From Podarcis filfolensis (lineage: Eukaryota), in the NCBI GenBank assembly GCA_964270895.1, contig OZ185446.1: 64,000 nt of DNA; one strand, written 5' to 3'. Numbering within the stretch: the stretch's first letter is position 1; the number at the start of each line of letters is the position of its first letter. The notes beneath the pieces were generated by a model. The model saw only the letters and a program-made list of their open reading frames with translations, was not told the DNA's origin and made no database searches. Position numbers and translations under genes: made by a program. Below, piece by piece: positions 37,401-45,675 of the stretch.

Positions 37401-40400
37401 CAAGTAATGGGCAGCTTGGTTTTTCTAATTTACTAAATGTACAAAAAATGAAATTCCCTGAAGTTCATGTTTACGCTCTTTGGCTTATTATTTCCAGGAT
37501 TCTAGAGAGAAGTCTGAAAGAATGGAGAAAGACATTGTCTTCTGTAGCAACAACTGCTTTGTTCTTTATTCAGCATCCATGCAAGCAAAAAGCTCAGAAA
37601 GCAAGGTAATTCCCAGTGCTGCTGCATTAATAAAATATACAATAAATATTAATTGAAATATATACAGTGATTCAGTTTCTTTCAAAATTCTGAAGCTAGA
37701 TGAAATACTGTATTCTGATTTTTTTTAAAAAAAATGTTTGCAAGATCCATCTCTAGTGTAAACGAAGAGTAGCTTTCATCTCAGTTAACTCTAGAAGATT
37801 AAATCAGTACCTGTCCCAAAAATTTCAGTTTTGTTGCAATGGAGGGTACAATCTATTAAGTGTTTTTCCTGTGCTGGCATCATTTGAAGCAGCAGGTAAC
37901 GCATGCAGCAGATATTCCCAGTGCATTCTAGCCATCATTCAGTGACATACATATGCATGATACGTCCCATGATACATTCAGAATATTTGGTGCCATCAGA
38001 ATCTTATCTTGGGTGGTGTTTTATGATATCATTTTCAGGTTGTCTCCCTGGAGTATCAATAACTCACTAACTTTGATTCAGGAATCCTAGGTAACTTTGT
38101 TCTGTTAAAACTTTCTGCTTAAAAATTGCAATCTGACGTGCCTGCCCATGAATAAATTTGCTTGTAAGTGGAGAAGTATATCATTGCAAACATCAATCCG
38201 GCATACTTACCTGCAAGTAAATCAGCCTCAAGCTTATAAATTCCTAGCACATGTCTTCTAAGCATTTACTGTTATTATTAGTGTTACTGGTCTACCACAC
38301 TGCCTGGGAAGACACAGTACCAGGAAGATAATAAGGTTTCCTCTGCAAGTAAAATAGGATGCTGCTGGTTCATGCATTCGTAACTACCATAATACATCAT
38401 AGGCATCTGACTTTGAAATAATATTGACCAAACATTTTCCTTGATTCCATATTTAATTGCTTAATTATTTCTCAGGAATCAATTCCTACCTTGCCACAGT
38501 TTCCATTGAAGGAGGCAGCCCCCAAAGTGTTCCATCAGTATAACAACAACATCTCTACGTTAGATGTGCACTGCCTGCCTCAGCTACAGGAAAAGATTTC
38601 TCCGCCTTCCTCGCCCCTTATCACCTTCCCTCCTGCTTTTGAAGCAGCCAGAGTCGAGCCAAAACCAGATGAGCTTAAGGTAACCGTGAAGCTAAAACCC
38701 CGCCTGAGAACTATACCGAATGGTCTGGATGACTGTCGACCAGTAAGTAAGAAATGGAAAGGAATGAAGTGGAAAAAGTGGAACATACAGATTGTGATTC
38801 CTAAAGGAACATTCAAACCTCCTTGTGATGAGGAGATAGATGAATTCCTCAAAAAGCTGGGCACAACCATTAAACCTGATCCAGTGCCGAAGGACTACCG
38901 AAAGTGTTGTTTCTGTCATGAGGAGGGTGATGGGCTGACAGATGGACCAGCAAGACTTCTAAACCTTGACTTAGATGTTTGGGTCCACTTGAACTGTGCT
39001 CTTTGGTCTACTGAGGTCTATGAGACACAAGCTGGTGCCTTAATCAATGTGGAGCTCGCCCTGCGAAGGGGCTTGCAGATGAAATGCATGTTCTGTCACA
39101 AAATGGGCGCCACCAGCGGCTGTCACAGGTTAAGGTGCACCAATATTTATCACTTTACCTGCGCCATTAAAGCACAATGCATGTTTTTTAAAGACAAAAC
39201 TATGCTTTGCCCTATGCACAAACCAAAGGGCGCTCACGAGCAAGAACTCAGCTATTTTGCAGTCTTCAGGCGGGTATACGTCCAGCGGGATGAAGTCCGA
39301 CAAATTGCCAGCATAGTCCAACGGGGGGATCGCGAGCACACCTTCCGGGTGGGGAGCCTCATCTTCCACACGATTGGCCAGCTGCTGCCACACCAGATGC
39401 AGGCCTTCCATTCTTCAAAGGTGCTCTACCCTGTGGGTTATGAGGCCAGCCGGTTGTATTGGAGCACACGCTATGCCAACCGCAGATGTCGCTACCTGTG
39501 TTCCATTGAAGAGAAGGATGGTCTTCCCCTCTTTGTGATCAGGATCATTGAGCAAGGCCATGAAGACCTGGTTCTTACTGACTCAACCCCTAAAGGTAAC
39601 ACGGAATCTTGTGAAAGTCTTTGGCCTAACTGCTAGATGTGCATTTCATTGTTTACGTTCATTTGATATTTCTGACTGGTTACTGCAAGCCATTAGGCCT
39701 ATTGCATTGCTAACTCGTCAGTGCACAAATGACTTCTTTGTAGCAAATGGTGAGTACCAATGTCAGTATTGTATGTGATGATCTCCATGCTATTTTGCCA
39801 TGTGTGTGTGCTGTGTTCATCATATAGGACAGTCAATATACAAAGTATACATGGTTTTCCATGCAGAAGTGATATTGATGTAAAGAATTCATATTGGGAG
39901 CAGTATAATCCTAAGAACACAATCTGCCCCTTAGTATTTTAGAGCAATCCTAGTGTTACATCCAAAGTAGATATGACTTTAAACAAGTTTATTGTGGTGA
40001 TTTGTTTTTTCTCTTCCATTTATTTTGTGATTCACTGTAATTTTTATCCTATGCAGGTGTTTGGGATAAAATCCTAGAGCCTGTTGCTTCAGTAAGGAGG
40101 AGTTCTGAAATGCTGCAGCTATTCCCTGCATATCTAAAGGGTGAAGACCTTTTTGGTTTGACTGTCTCTGCAGTGGCTAGGATTGCTGAATCGGTAAGAG
40201 GTCATGCGGCTGTACTAGGCCAGTTCTTGGCTTGTTACTCTTTAGTAGTAAATCATTGTCTGTCTTAGACGCGGCACTTTTTTTATGCAATGCGTGTAAC
40301 ATGTGTCCAGGCTCTTACCTATTGAAAACTTGTCATAGAGTCTGAAGGAAGAAATGGTTCTGGTATAGAATGCTGTGCCATAACTAGCATTAAAATTTAG

Positions 40401-43400
40401 TCAGTGGAAAGCCCTGAAGCAGGCCTTTTGGCCAGGGTTATAGGCTCACTTTCAGAGGCTTAGAAACAGGAAACAATGGTTTGGTGTGGGGTATTGTAAT
40501 TGCCTGTCTGCCCGCCCACCCCACCTCTTTCTCTTCTCTTCAGCACTTATGGCAGCAGGTTTTGCAGGTAGAAGTATGCATTAGTAGATACTATGTGAGT
40601 GTGCAAAGCACCCAAGGGCTTATTGAGCATTGCAGGCTAGGATAGAAAAGGCAGGGTTGGGTTTGTACAAGCGGTTTGTGGATCTGTGCTCTTAAAGAAA
40701 AGCAAGAAGGAAAAAGAAGGCAGTTTTGTAAAGCATTTCACTGAGTGCTGTCTCTCTGTGTGTGTGCTGTTCTAATTCCTAAACCTATTCCTGAATCAGA
40801 GAACATTTCTTTGGCTGTTCTGCAACTGCATTGACATGTGACTCCTTGGTGTGTTTACAGCTTCCTGGGGTTGAGGCTTGTGAACATTACACCTTCCGGT
40901 ATGGCCGAAACCCCCTCATGGAACTTCCTCTTGCCATCAACCCCACAGGCTGCGCCCGCTCTGAGCCAAAAATGAGCAGCCATGTCAAGAGGTTTGTGTT
41001 AAGGTATTTTCTTTTAAATTCACATAGTACAGCCCAGGGTTTATAGGCTGCGTAGGATACCTGTGCTTCTGTGTGCTGCTTACAAACCCTGTTGTTGTTG
41101 GCTGTGTATGTGCATGTCTGAGCCAGGGGAGCTGCTTTGTTGTCTCTGCTAGCTGGCTTTGAATGTCTGTCTGTCTTTGAGTTTGTTTTTTAAAAAAACA
41201 AGAACCTCTAAATGTCATAAAATTCAGAGAGATCTTCAGTTTTCCTTCTTTGTCTCTTCTGTTATATGACCCACTACTGCAGGCCTCATACCTTAAATAG
41301 CACCAGCACTTCAAAGTCATTTCAGAGCACAGTTACAGGAGAACTGAATGCACCTTACAGTAAACAGTTTGTTCATTCAAAGTCCTCTCAGTACCGAAAA
41401 ATGAAGACCGAATGGAAATCCAACGTCTATTTGGCACGCTCACGTATTCAGGTCAGTTGCAACAACTTTGCTGTGCAATGCATTCAGTCTTTTAAAATTT
41501 TGCCACTGTCTCTTCCAATCAGCCATGAAAACAATATGAAGCCATGGTCCGGCTCAGATTAAAATCAGGCTCAGTGTAAGTGGTATAGCATACTTTGGTG
41601 TTCTGTACTGGGCTAGGGGGAAATTCTCTGTGGGAAGAGGAGCTAGTAATGGCTTCATTGTCATGATCTGATCATTAGCTGATCACATTTGACCTGCAGG
41701 CTTCTTGTAACCTTCACAGTGGTGGAGGGTCAACACTAATGGTTTGCTTCCAGAGGATGATGAATCCAGACGGTTTTCTAATATCTTCGGGGGAAATGTG
41801 TGCTGCTTGGAATATAGTTTCTCCAAGTCAGCCATCTTGGTCTCAAGGGAACAAACATCTGTCCAATATGCAGATAAGCTGTACATGTGACAGTCTATAA
41901 AATATACTATCACCACCACTACTGGCCTTCTATCTGCATATTTGCTGTTGATGTGTTAGTTAATTTGGGAGTTTGGGGTTTGTTAGGTCACAAAAGGGGT
42001 GGACAGAGTAGTCTGCCTTGCTCATCTTGGCCTGCTGCTAAACTTGCTTGGCTGGTAGATGATTGGCTCCACAAGAGAGGAGCCCCAGTTATGTAGACAG
42101 TGGACCTGACTTCTGTTATTCATGAACTAGTGACATTCTGACTTTGCTATTGCATATAGAGCTGCCTTTGAAGATTGCTAGAACATTTCCGTTGGTGAAA
42201 AATGTGTCTATCAATGTGGGCCAGATGGCTGGTAAAATATATAACATCAATAAATTTAATATACTGGTGTTGATCTTTAAAGGAGAAAGGAGCCCTTCAT
42301 ACTTTACTGGGCCCAGAGATCTACTGTGGAGACCCTGCTGTAAGGCGTGCCTGTAAGATCAATCAGACTGGTGGGCATAAAGAATAGGGCCTTTATGGTG
42401 CTAGCCCTGCACTCGTGGAACTTCATCCCAATGGCTCCTTCCCAACTGCAGGCCTTCCAAAGCCCATTAATTTCAAGTTATGGTCCCACTGATTTGAAAT
42501 TGTTTAAATGTTTTAGCTGATATTAATCATATTATGCTTGCCTGTTGCTGGACATGCAGCTGTTTTCCAGGGCTGTTTTATATATGTGATATATTTGTGA
42601 TCCTGTATTTTATTAATTTTGTATTTTATTAATTTTATTTATTGTGGCTCATATAAGCCACTTGCCTAAAAGATTACATGAAATTTACATTAAGGCCTGA
42701 ATAGCACTTGTGTACTGGTGGGCTATGTTAGTGTTATTTTTCTCCTTGCTGATTTGAGCTACTCCCTTAAATGGGAGTAATCTCCATTGAACACAGAGGG
42801 ACATACTTCTGAGTAAACATGTATAGGATTGACTGTAAGTTTGCTAAAAAGCATCAGTTCTTGTACCCTAATGCTAAACTACACCAACATAGTGTTCAGG
42901 TTGTGCACTCTGGTACTGAGATATTCCTAAAGCATCTACTGTTCTTTGTAGGGCCTGGGCTTATATGCTGCTAGAGACATTGAAAAGCACACCATGGTCA
43001 TTGAATATATTGGAACCATCATCCGCAATGAGGTAGCCAACAGGAAAGAGAAGCTTTATGAATCTCAGGTATTACATAAGGCAACTTAACCTGTTTCAAG
43101 AACTCATGTAAGATAGTCAAAAATGTGTGAGCTCTTCTCCAGAGCAAACAGCTATAGCATTGTGAATGCTGACATGTATTACAGCTTGGATGTGAAGCAC
43201 TCAGAACTGTGTCTTCAGATACCAGGAGCACCTGGTGTTTCTGGAGAATTTTAAAAAATGGCTCAAAGTATTAACAGATGTTCATTGTGCTTCATAAACA
43301 TTGTGTGTGAAAAATGTATGAACCGAGATCTGGGCCCATATATGTAGAGATCTGTGCAACACAGAGACTATGATACACACCAGTCATTCAGAGCAACATC

Positions 43401-45486
43401 CATGTCCCCACTATCATCCAGTGACTATAGGTACAGATTGTGTCAGACTGAACTCATTTAGAGCAGGCATGTCCAACAGTTCAATTGCAATCTACCGGTC
43501 GATCACTAGGCGTCCCTGGTCAATCTCCCCCCCCCGCCCCCTCCCCCAAAAAACTCAACACAACAACTTTCACTCTCCAAAAAAAGCTCAACAACTTTTG
43601 CTTTCCTAAAAAAGGTTCAACAACTTTGGTCAATCCAATGGGTAGATCACTGCCAGCTTTTTTATAGTGGGAGTAGATTGCAGTCTCTTGGAAGTTGGAC
43701 ATGCCTGATTTAGACTGACTGAAACTATTAGTTTGTGGCCATGTCTGAGCCTGTCTCTAAAGGATCTTCTAGGTTGCCTTTTCTATTCAATACATCTAGT
43801 CACAAAATACTAGTAAGCATGCTCTGGTTTCTGTGTTGGGTATAAATATACACGAGTCTCCCACTAGCATAGTATGCCAATGGGTTGTCTCATGAATCTG
43901 AAAAACACTTTGAACTGTGTGTCACTCCTTTTGTTTGAATGATTGACTCTTCTTGTACAGATCTGACAGCATTTTCTCTCTGCTTCCCTCCTCGCAGAAT
44001 CGCGGAGTGTACATGTTCCGCATTGACAATGACCATGTCATTGATGCCACATTGACAGGAGGTCCTGCAAGGTGGGTGGCTCTTGAGAGGAATGGTGATC
44101 TCATTTTTGGATGCCAGCCATGTTCTCTTTGCCGGCTCTATCCTGAGGAGTTCTACTGGAAGTGTTCTTCCGCAATTGCCTTTATTCTCTAAGTTGGCGC
44201 ATTCAACTGTCATACTCCCAGTAAACTAAAGCTGCCTTATTAATTTACTGTAGCCTTGATTTGTGCTCTCAAAGCAGATGTCCAGCAATAGAGCACTTTT
44301 TGAACTTTGTTTTTTCCTGGGCAAAGATCAGAGGTTGTATATATATTTTACAGTAAAATCAGTTTGCTTCCTCAACACTTTAAAACTTGTGCCTGGATTT
44401 CTCCTGTTTCCCCCCCACCCCACCCCCACCCCTTGTAGGTATATTAACCATTCCTGTGCACCAAACTGTGTGGCTGAGGTGGTAACCTTTGAAAGGGGAC
44501 ATAAGATCATCATTAGCTCTAGCAGGAGAATCCAGAAGGGAGAAGAGGTAGGATTTGCATAGCTTCTAGTAGCTTAAACCTTTATTTGTAGAATATGCTC
44601 AATTTCTTCTTTCTAAAATTCCTAGTTACAAAAATGCTTCTTTTTTAAGTACCATGATTTATTCATTTTCTGTTGACTCGTCAACTGGACAGTCTCAACC
44701 CCTTGTATTTTTTCCCATGCACTGCTTAGCATTTTAGGCAATCTATTAGAAGCCATTCTGAAGAATGCCTTGTTAAAGTTTGTTTATACTGTAAAGCTGT
44801 TTAACATTTACCACTTTCCTCTACCCACATACCTGGGAGTAACTTTCATTGAACTCAACAGTGCGTACTTCTGCAAGTACACATATAGAAGTGTGCAGAA
44901 TGTAAAACATTGCTTTGTATGCTGAAACGTCACACTAAATAGGATATTGGAAAACTACTTCTGAAAAAAATATTTCATTCTGGTGTAACTGTTTTGGAGC
45001 CCATTCAAATGCACACAACAGTGTTGTAGAGTTCTTGGGCAGCATGCAGACCGTTTCATGTGGAGATGTATTTGCCCCCAACGTGGAAAGTTACTTTGAT
45101 AGCAACAGATAAAGGCTTTTCAGGTGTATGCTTCCAAACACCTCGGGGAACATTCTTGCACCTCAATCAGCACATTTGATTCTGCACTATATTTTCAGTA
45201 GCAAGAACTCTGGCAAATAAAAACAGCCACAATGAGCTGGTTAGACTGGTTACAGAAATGGGGTATCTCCTAAACCAACCCTTAATCTGCAACACCATTT
45301 CAAGGTAAGAATAGAAGAGAAGAATTTATTATTTATACCCTACCCATCTGAAGTGGTTGCCCCAGCCACTCTGGGCGGCTACTCAGATGAATATGGCATT
45401 TTTGCCACTATATTGATTCAACGAGGCTGCACTTTAGCACCCTAGGCATAGTTCACCTTGCAAGAAGCTGATTCTTCCATCCATAA

Positions 45487-45520
<34 letters not shown>

Positions 45521-45675
45521 AGGTGAGTAATTGTTCTTGATTTTGCAAACACCAAACCTAACTGGCAGTCCCTTTCTTTCAGCTCTGTTATGACTATAAG
45601 TTTGATTTTGAAGATGACCAGCACAAGATTCCATGTCACTGTGGAGCTGTAAACTGCCGAAAATGGATGAACTAG
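810..45675 (+). CDS. KMT2C: Histone-lysine N-methyltransferase 2C (MLL3), multi-exon, 5'-partial (upstream exons outside the window)
   Basis: Exons joined through GT-AG sites give one continuous frame from [16 protein letters not shown] to ...[16 protein letters not shown]. It contains the HMG box, ePHD ([10 protein letters not shown]...), FYRN/FYRC, WIN motif GCARSE, SET ([11 protein letters not shown]) and post-SET. It is distinguished from KMT2D by the recalled KMT2C peptide sequence and by GALNT11 synteny. Confidence 0.98.
2360..2536. mobile_element. Non-autonomous hAT-type MITE
   Basis: Imperfect TIRs cagggatatccaa / ttggacctccctg; 8-bp TSD GTATATAG / GTATACAG; internal motifs shared with the 43464 copy. 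Confidence 0.7.
2867..2997 (+). CDS. KMT2C: KMT2C exon (~ex26), 131 nt
   Basis: tgttag| [12 protein letters not shown]...[20 protein letters not shown] |gtatag. Confidence 0.95.
3854..4040 (+). CDS. KMT2C: KMT2C exon (~ex27), 187 nt
   Basis: ttgtag| [14 protein letters not shown]...PSKSGIQ G|gtacac. Confidence 0.92.
5705..5803 (+). CDS. KMT2C: KMT2C exon (~ex28), 99 nt
   Basis: ttctgtag| [32 protein letters not shown] |gtacat; phase 1-1. Confidence 0.92.
6155..6202 (+). CDS. KMT2C: Candidate KMT2C cassette microexon, 48 nt ([16 protein letters not shown])
   Basis: Long UC-rich tract, cttgtag acceptor, strong G|gtaagg donor, phase 1-1 matching its neighbours, no stop codon. Confidence 0.7.
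7640..8010 (+). mobile_element. Old L2-like LINE 3' fragment (approximate limits)
   Basis: gaggcctttacagtagtagcaccccagctatgga resembles the L2 ORF2 end; ends in an aataaataa tail. Confidence 0.4.
8888..9025 (+). CDS. KMT2C: KMT2C exon (~ex29), 138 nt, or 129 nt from a second acceptor at 8897
   Basis: ccatcag|CTGGACTAG|ATATTGG; (AGL)[11 protein letters not shown]...[12 protein letters not shown]|gtaaat. Confidence 0.93.
9168..9200 (+). CDS. KMT2C: KMT2C exon (~ex30), 33 nt
   Basis: tgttcag| [11 protein letters not shown] |gtatgt. Confidence 0.95.
9286..9411 (+). CDS. KMT2C: KMT2C exon (~ex31), 126 nt
   Basis: tttgcag| [17 protein letters not shown]...LHNQ G|gtttgt. Confidence 0.93.
10423..10561 (+). 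CDS. KMT2C: KMT2C exon (~ex32), 139 nt (NAGNAG alternative start at 10426)
   Basis: ctttaaag| [22 protein letters not shown]...PYTDT R|gtgagt. Confidence 0.9.
10789..11003 (+). CDS. KMT2C: KMT2C exon (~ex33), 215 nt, start of HMG box
   Basis: tttgccag| DKNTAF...[35 protein letters not shown] |gtatgt. Confidence 0.96.
11020..11092 (-). mobile_element. CR1 LINE 3'-end remnant
   Basis: tagaatcataaaattggaaggaaccttaaaag...tccaacc is the inverted CR1 3' tail. Confidence 0.55.
11268..11341 (+). CDS. KMT2C: KMT2C exon (~ex34), 74 nt, HMG box
   Basis: ttctcag| [25 protein letters not shown] |gtaatg. Confidence 0.96.
11416..11678. mobile_element. Tc1/mariner-pogo type MITE (TACCGTATTT TIR family), copy A
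   Basis: 24-bp perfect terminal inverted repeat counting the TA at both ends (taccgtattttttgctctataaga); internal ~30-bp inverted repeat. Confidence 0.9.
12135..12168. repeat. (TG)17 microsatellite
   Basis: Direct reading. Confidence 0.95.
12361..12543 (+). CDS. KMT2C: KMT2C exon (~ex35), 183 nt, end of HMG box
   Basis: tttgcag| [18 protein letters not shown]...EQEWKFRQ |gtgtgt; phase 0-0. Confidence 0.96.
12977..13239. mobile_element. Tc1/mariner-pogo type MITE, copy B (near-identical to copy A)
   Basis: Same TIRs and interior as 11416-11678, same orientation, about a dozen differences by eye. Confidence 0.9.
13804..15879 (+). CDS. KMT2C: KMT2C large exon (~ex36), 2076 nt, Pro-rich DPY..TPRP repeat region
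   Basis: aaacag| [20 protein letters not shown]...ADAEKIRQ |gtgagt; matches ORF 13807..15936. Confidence 0.97.
14938..15276 (+). repeat. Coding minisatellite, 8 x 42 nt ([13 protein letters not shown][S/A/T])
   Basis: Units start at 14938, 14980, 15022, 15064, 15106, 15148, 15190 and 15232; units 4 and 5 are identical. Confidence 0.98.
16090..16550 (+). mobile_element. Old L2-like LINE 3' fragment (approximate limits)
   Basis: tacaaagccctgaacaacatagaaccgagatacctgaaggaac resembles YKALN..GP.YLKE; aaataaataaat tail. Confidence 0.5.
16576..16880 (+). CDS. KMT2C: KMT2C exon (~ex37), 305 nt
   Basis: cctgtcag| [16 protein letters not shown]...MRPHGI R|gtatac. Confidence 0.95.
17692..19478 (+). 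CDS. KMT2C: KMT2C large exon (~ex38), 1787 nt, includes acidic region
   Basis: cccccag| FGFSGGGHG...[14 protein letters not shown]...RSEPFFPNI |gtatgt; matches ORF 17654..19501. Confidence 0.97.
19535..19706. mobile_element. Diverged short MITE of the TACCGTATTT TIR family
   Basis: taccgtatttttcagtgtataa ... ttacacatggtaaagtacggta. Confidence 0.65.
21055..21166 (+). CDS. KMT2C: KMT2C exon (~ex39), 112 nt
   Basis: tttcatag| [38 protein letters not shown]|gtaggc. Confidence 0.96.
21556..21634 (+). CDS. KMT2C: KMT2C exon (~ex40), 79 nt
   Basis: ttactag| [26 protein letters not shown] |gtaacg. Confidence 0.9.
22105..22168 (+). CDS. KMT2C: KMT2C exon (~ex41), 64 nt
   Basis: ctttcaag| [21 protein letters not shown] |gtaagt. 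Confidence 0.93.
22823..23055 (+). CDS. KMT2C: KMT2C exon (~ex42), 233 nt, coiled coil
   Basis: ccttag| [23 protein letters not shown]...VQKQLEQ |gtgaga. Confidence 0.96.
24100..24183 (-). mobile_element. Old Penelope-like element terminal fragment with decayed hammerhead motif
   Basis: aaatttattgtggcataaggtttcatggactagagttcactttatca; the reverse strand is a degenerate CTGATGA-stem-GAAAGCT. Confidence 0.5.
24251..24411. repeat. Fold-back element with 50-bp inverted arms (46/50 matching)
   Basis: 24251-24300 versus reverse complement of 24362-24411. Confidence 0.85.
24700..26385 (+). CDS. KMT2C: KMT2C large exon (~ex43), 1686 nt
   Basis: attgtag| [20 protein letters not shown]...[20 protein letters not shown]...[12 protein letters not shown]...MEGSM |gtaacc; in frame with ORF 24769..26406. 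Confidence 0.96.
28464..28676 (+). CDS. KMT2C: KMT2C exon (~ex44), 213 nt (in-frame alternative acceptor at 28488)
   Basis: ccataag| [17 protein letters not shown]...[17 protein letters not shown]...QLKQ |gtgagc. Confidence 0.9.
29370..30538 (+). mobile_element. CR1 LINE 3' fragment split by an L2 insertion (approximate limits)
   Basis: CR1 ORF2-end motifs (cagttctgggcaccacaatttaagaaggatattgacaa...; tttagcttggag) up to ~29765, resuming at ~30318 (aaattacaataaaagagattctgactaagcattagg...ttccaactctacatttctgtgattct). Confidence 0.8.
29766..30317 (+). mobile_element. 5'-truncated L2-clade LINE (RT C-terminus + 3' tail)
   Basis: ORF 29791..30159 has [14 protein letters not shown]...[36 protein letters not shown], typical of the L2 ORF2 C-terminus; tail tataaataaattattatt. 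Confidence 0.85.
30722..30886 (+). CDS. KMT2C: KMT2C 165-nt (55 aa) cassette exon
   Basis: ttcctacag| [55 protein letters not shown] |gtgtat; phase 0-0. Confidence 0.9.
31547..31681. mobile_element. hAT-type MITE
   Basis: TIR caggcttcttcaaac / gtttgaggaagcct; internal ctacaactcccatgat / atgatgggaattgtag inverted pair. Confidence 0.75.
32525..32666 (+). CDS. KMT2C: KMT2C exon (~ex45), 142 nt (CAGCAG tandem acceptor)
   Basis: tttgcag| [37 protein letters not shown]...GGHD |gtaagt. Confidence 0.96.
33105..33252 (+). CDS. KMT2C: KMT2C exon (~ex46), 148 nt
   Basis: atttcag| [49 protein letters not shown]|gtagat. Confidence 0.96.
33395..33678 (-). mobile_element. CR1 LINE 3' fragment
   Basis: Minus-strand ORF 33477..33689 [22 protein letters not shown] is the CR1 ORF2 end. 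Confidence 0.8.
33729..33907 (+). CDS. KMT2C: KMT2C exon (~ex47), 179 nt
   Basis: ctctcag| [23 protein letters not shown]...PASTGK |gtattg. Confidence 0.95.
34015..34151 (+). CDS. KMT2C: KMT2C exon (~ex48), 137 nt
   Basis: aactgaag| [13 protein letters not shown]...[14 protein letters not shown] |gtaagg. Confidence 0.95.
34437..34490. repeat. (AAT)18 microsatellite
   Basis: Direct reading. Confidence 0.95.
34859..35111 (+). CDS. KMT2C: KMT2C exon (~ex49), 253 nt
   Basis: actctag| [24 protein letters not shown]...FPPSGN |gtgagt. Confidence 0.95.
35561..35700 (+). CDS. KMT2C: KMT2C exon (~ex50), 140 nt (in-frame alternative acceptor at 35570)
   Basis: ttgttaag| [46 protein letters not shown] |gtacta. 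Confidence 0.9.
36330..37252. mobile_element. ~920-bp non-autonomous DNA element of the TACCGTATTT TIR family with GC-rich interior
   Basis: taccatatttttctgtgtgtaagac ... gtcttgtacacagaaaaatacggta. Confidence 0.75.
37023..37127 (+). mobile_element. Penelope-like terminal fragment with mutated minimal hammerhead, nested in the 36330-37252 element
   Basis: aagaagtgtgcatgcacatgaaagcttatacccagaacaaacttagttggtctctatggtgctactgga is the same family as 58260-58465. Confidence 0.7.
37498..37605 (+). CDS. KMT2C: KMT2C exon (~ex51), 108 nt
   Basis: tttccag| [36 protein letters not shown] |gtaatt. Confidence 0.95.
38476..39595 (+). CDS. KMT2C: KMT2C exon (~ex52), 1120 nt, ePHD + FYRN
   Basis: ttctcag| ESIPTLPQ...[22 protein letters not shown]...[10 protein letters not shown]...[12 protein letters not shown]...DSTPK |gtaaca; matches ORF 38491..39636. 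Confidence 0.98.
40057..40193 (+). CDS. KMT2C: KMT2C exon (~ex53), 137 nt, FYRC
   Basis: atgcag| [45 protein letters not shown] |gtaaga. Confidence 0.96.
40861..41003 (+). CDS. KMT2C: KMT2C exon (~ex54), 143 nt, WIN (WDR5-binding) motif
   Basis: tttacag| [48 protein letters not shown]|gtattt; GCARSE at 40948-40965. Confidence 0.96.
41283..41451 (+). CDS. KMT2C: KMT2C exon (~ex55), 169 nt
   Basis: ctgcag| [15 protein letters not shown]...[13 protein letters not shown] |gtcagt. Confidence 0.96.
42952..43068 (+). CDS. KMT2C: KMT2C exon (~ex56), 117 nt, SET
   Basis: tttgtag| [39 protein letters not shown] |gtatta. Confidence 0.97.
43464..43707. mobile_element. hAT-type MITE
   Basis: Perfect 14-bp TIR caggcatgtccaac / gttggacatgcctg; 8-bp TSD ATTTAGAG / ATTTAGAC. 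Confidence 0.85.
43998..44071 (+). CDS. KMT2C: KMT2C exon (~ex57), 74 nt, SET
   Basis: ctcgcag| [25 protein letters not shown]|gtgggt. Confidence 0.97.
44439..44547 (+). CDS. KMT2C: KMT2C exon (~ex58), 109 nt, SET
   Basis: cttgtag| [36 protein letters not shown] |gtagga. Confidence 0.97.
45324..45380 (-). mobile_element. L2 3'-tail remnant (same family as 30250-30317)
   Basis: tttattatttataccctacccatctg...ccccagccactctgggcggct. Confidence 0.7.
45583..45675 (+). CDS. KMT2C: KMT2C last coding exon (~ex59), end of SET + post-SET, stop TAG at 45673-45675
   Basis: ctttcag| [30 protein letters not shown]. Confidence 0.97.
   Translation, partial: LCYDYKFDFEDDQHKIPCHCGAVNCRKWMN

Noticed and set aside
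38203-38213. ATACTTACCTG, identical to the U1 snRNA 5' end
   Set aside because: Only 11 nt with no U1 body; equivalent to a chance antisense consensus donor
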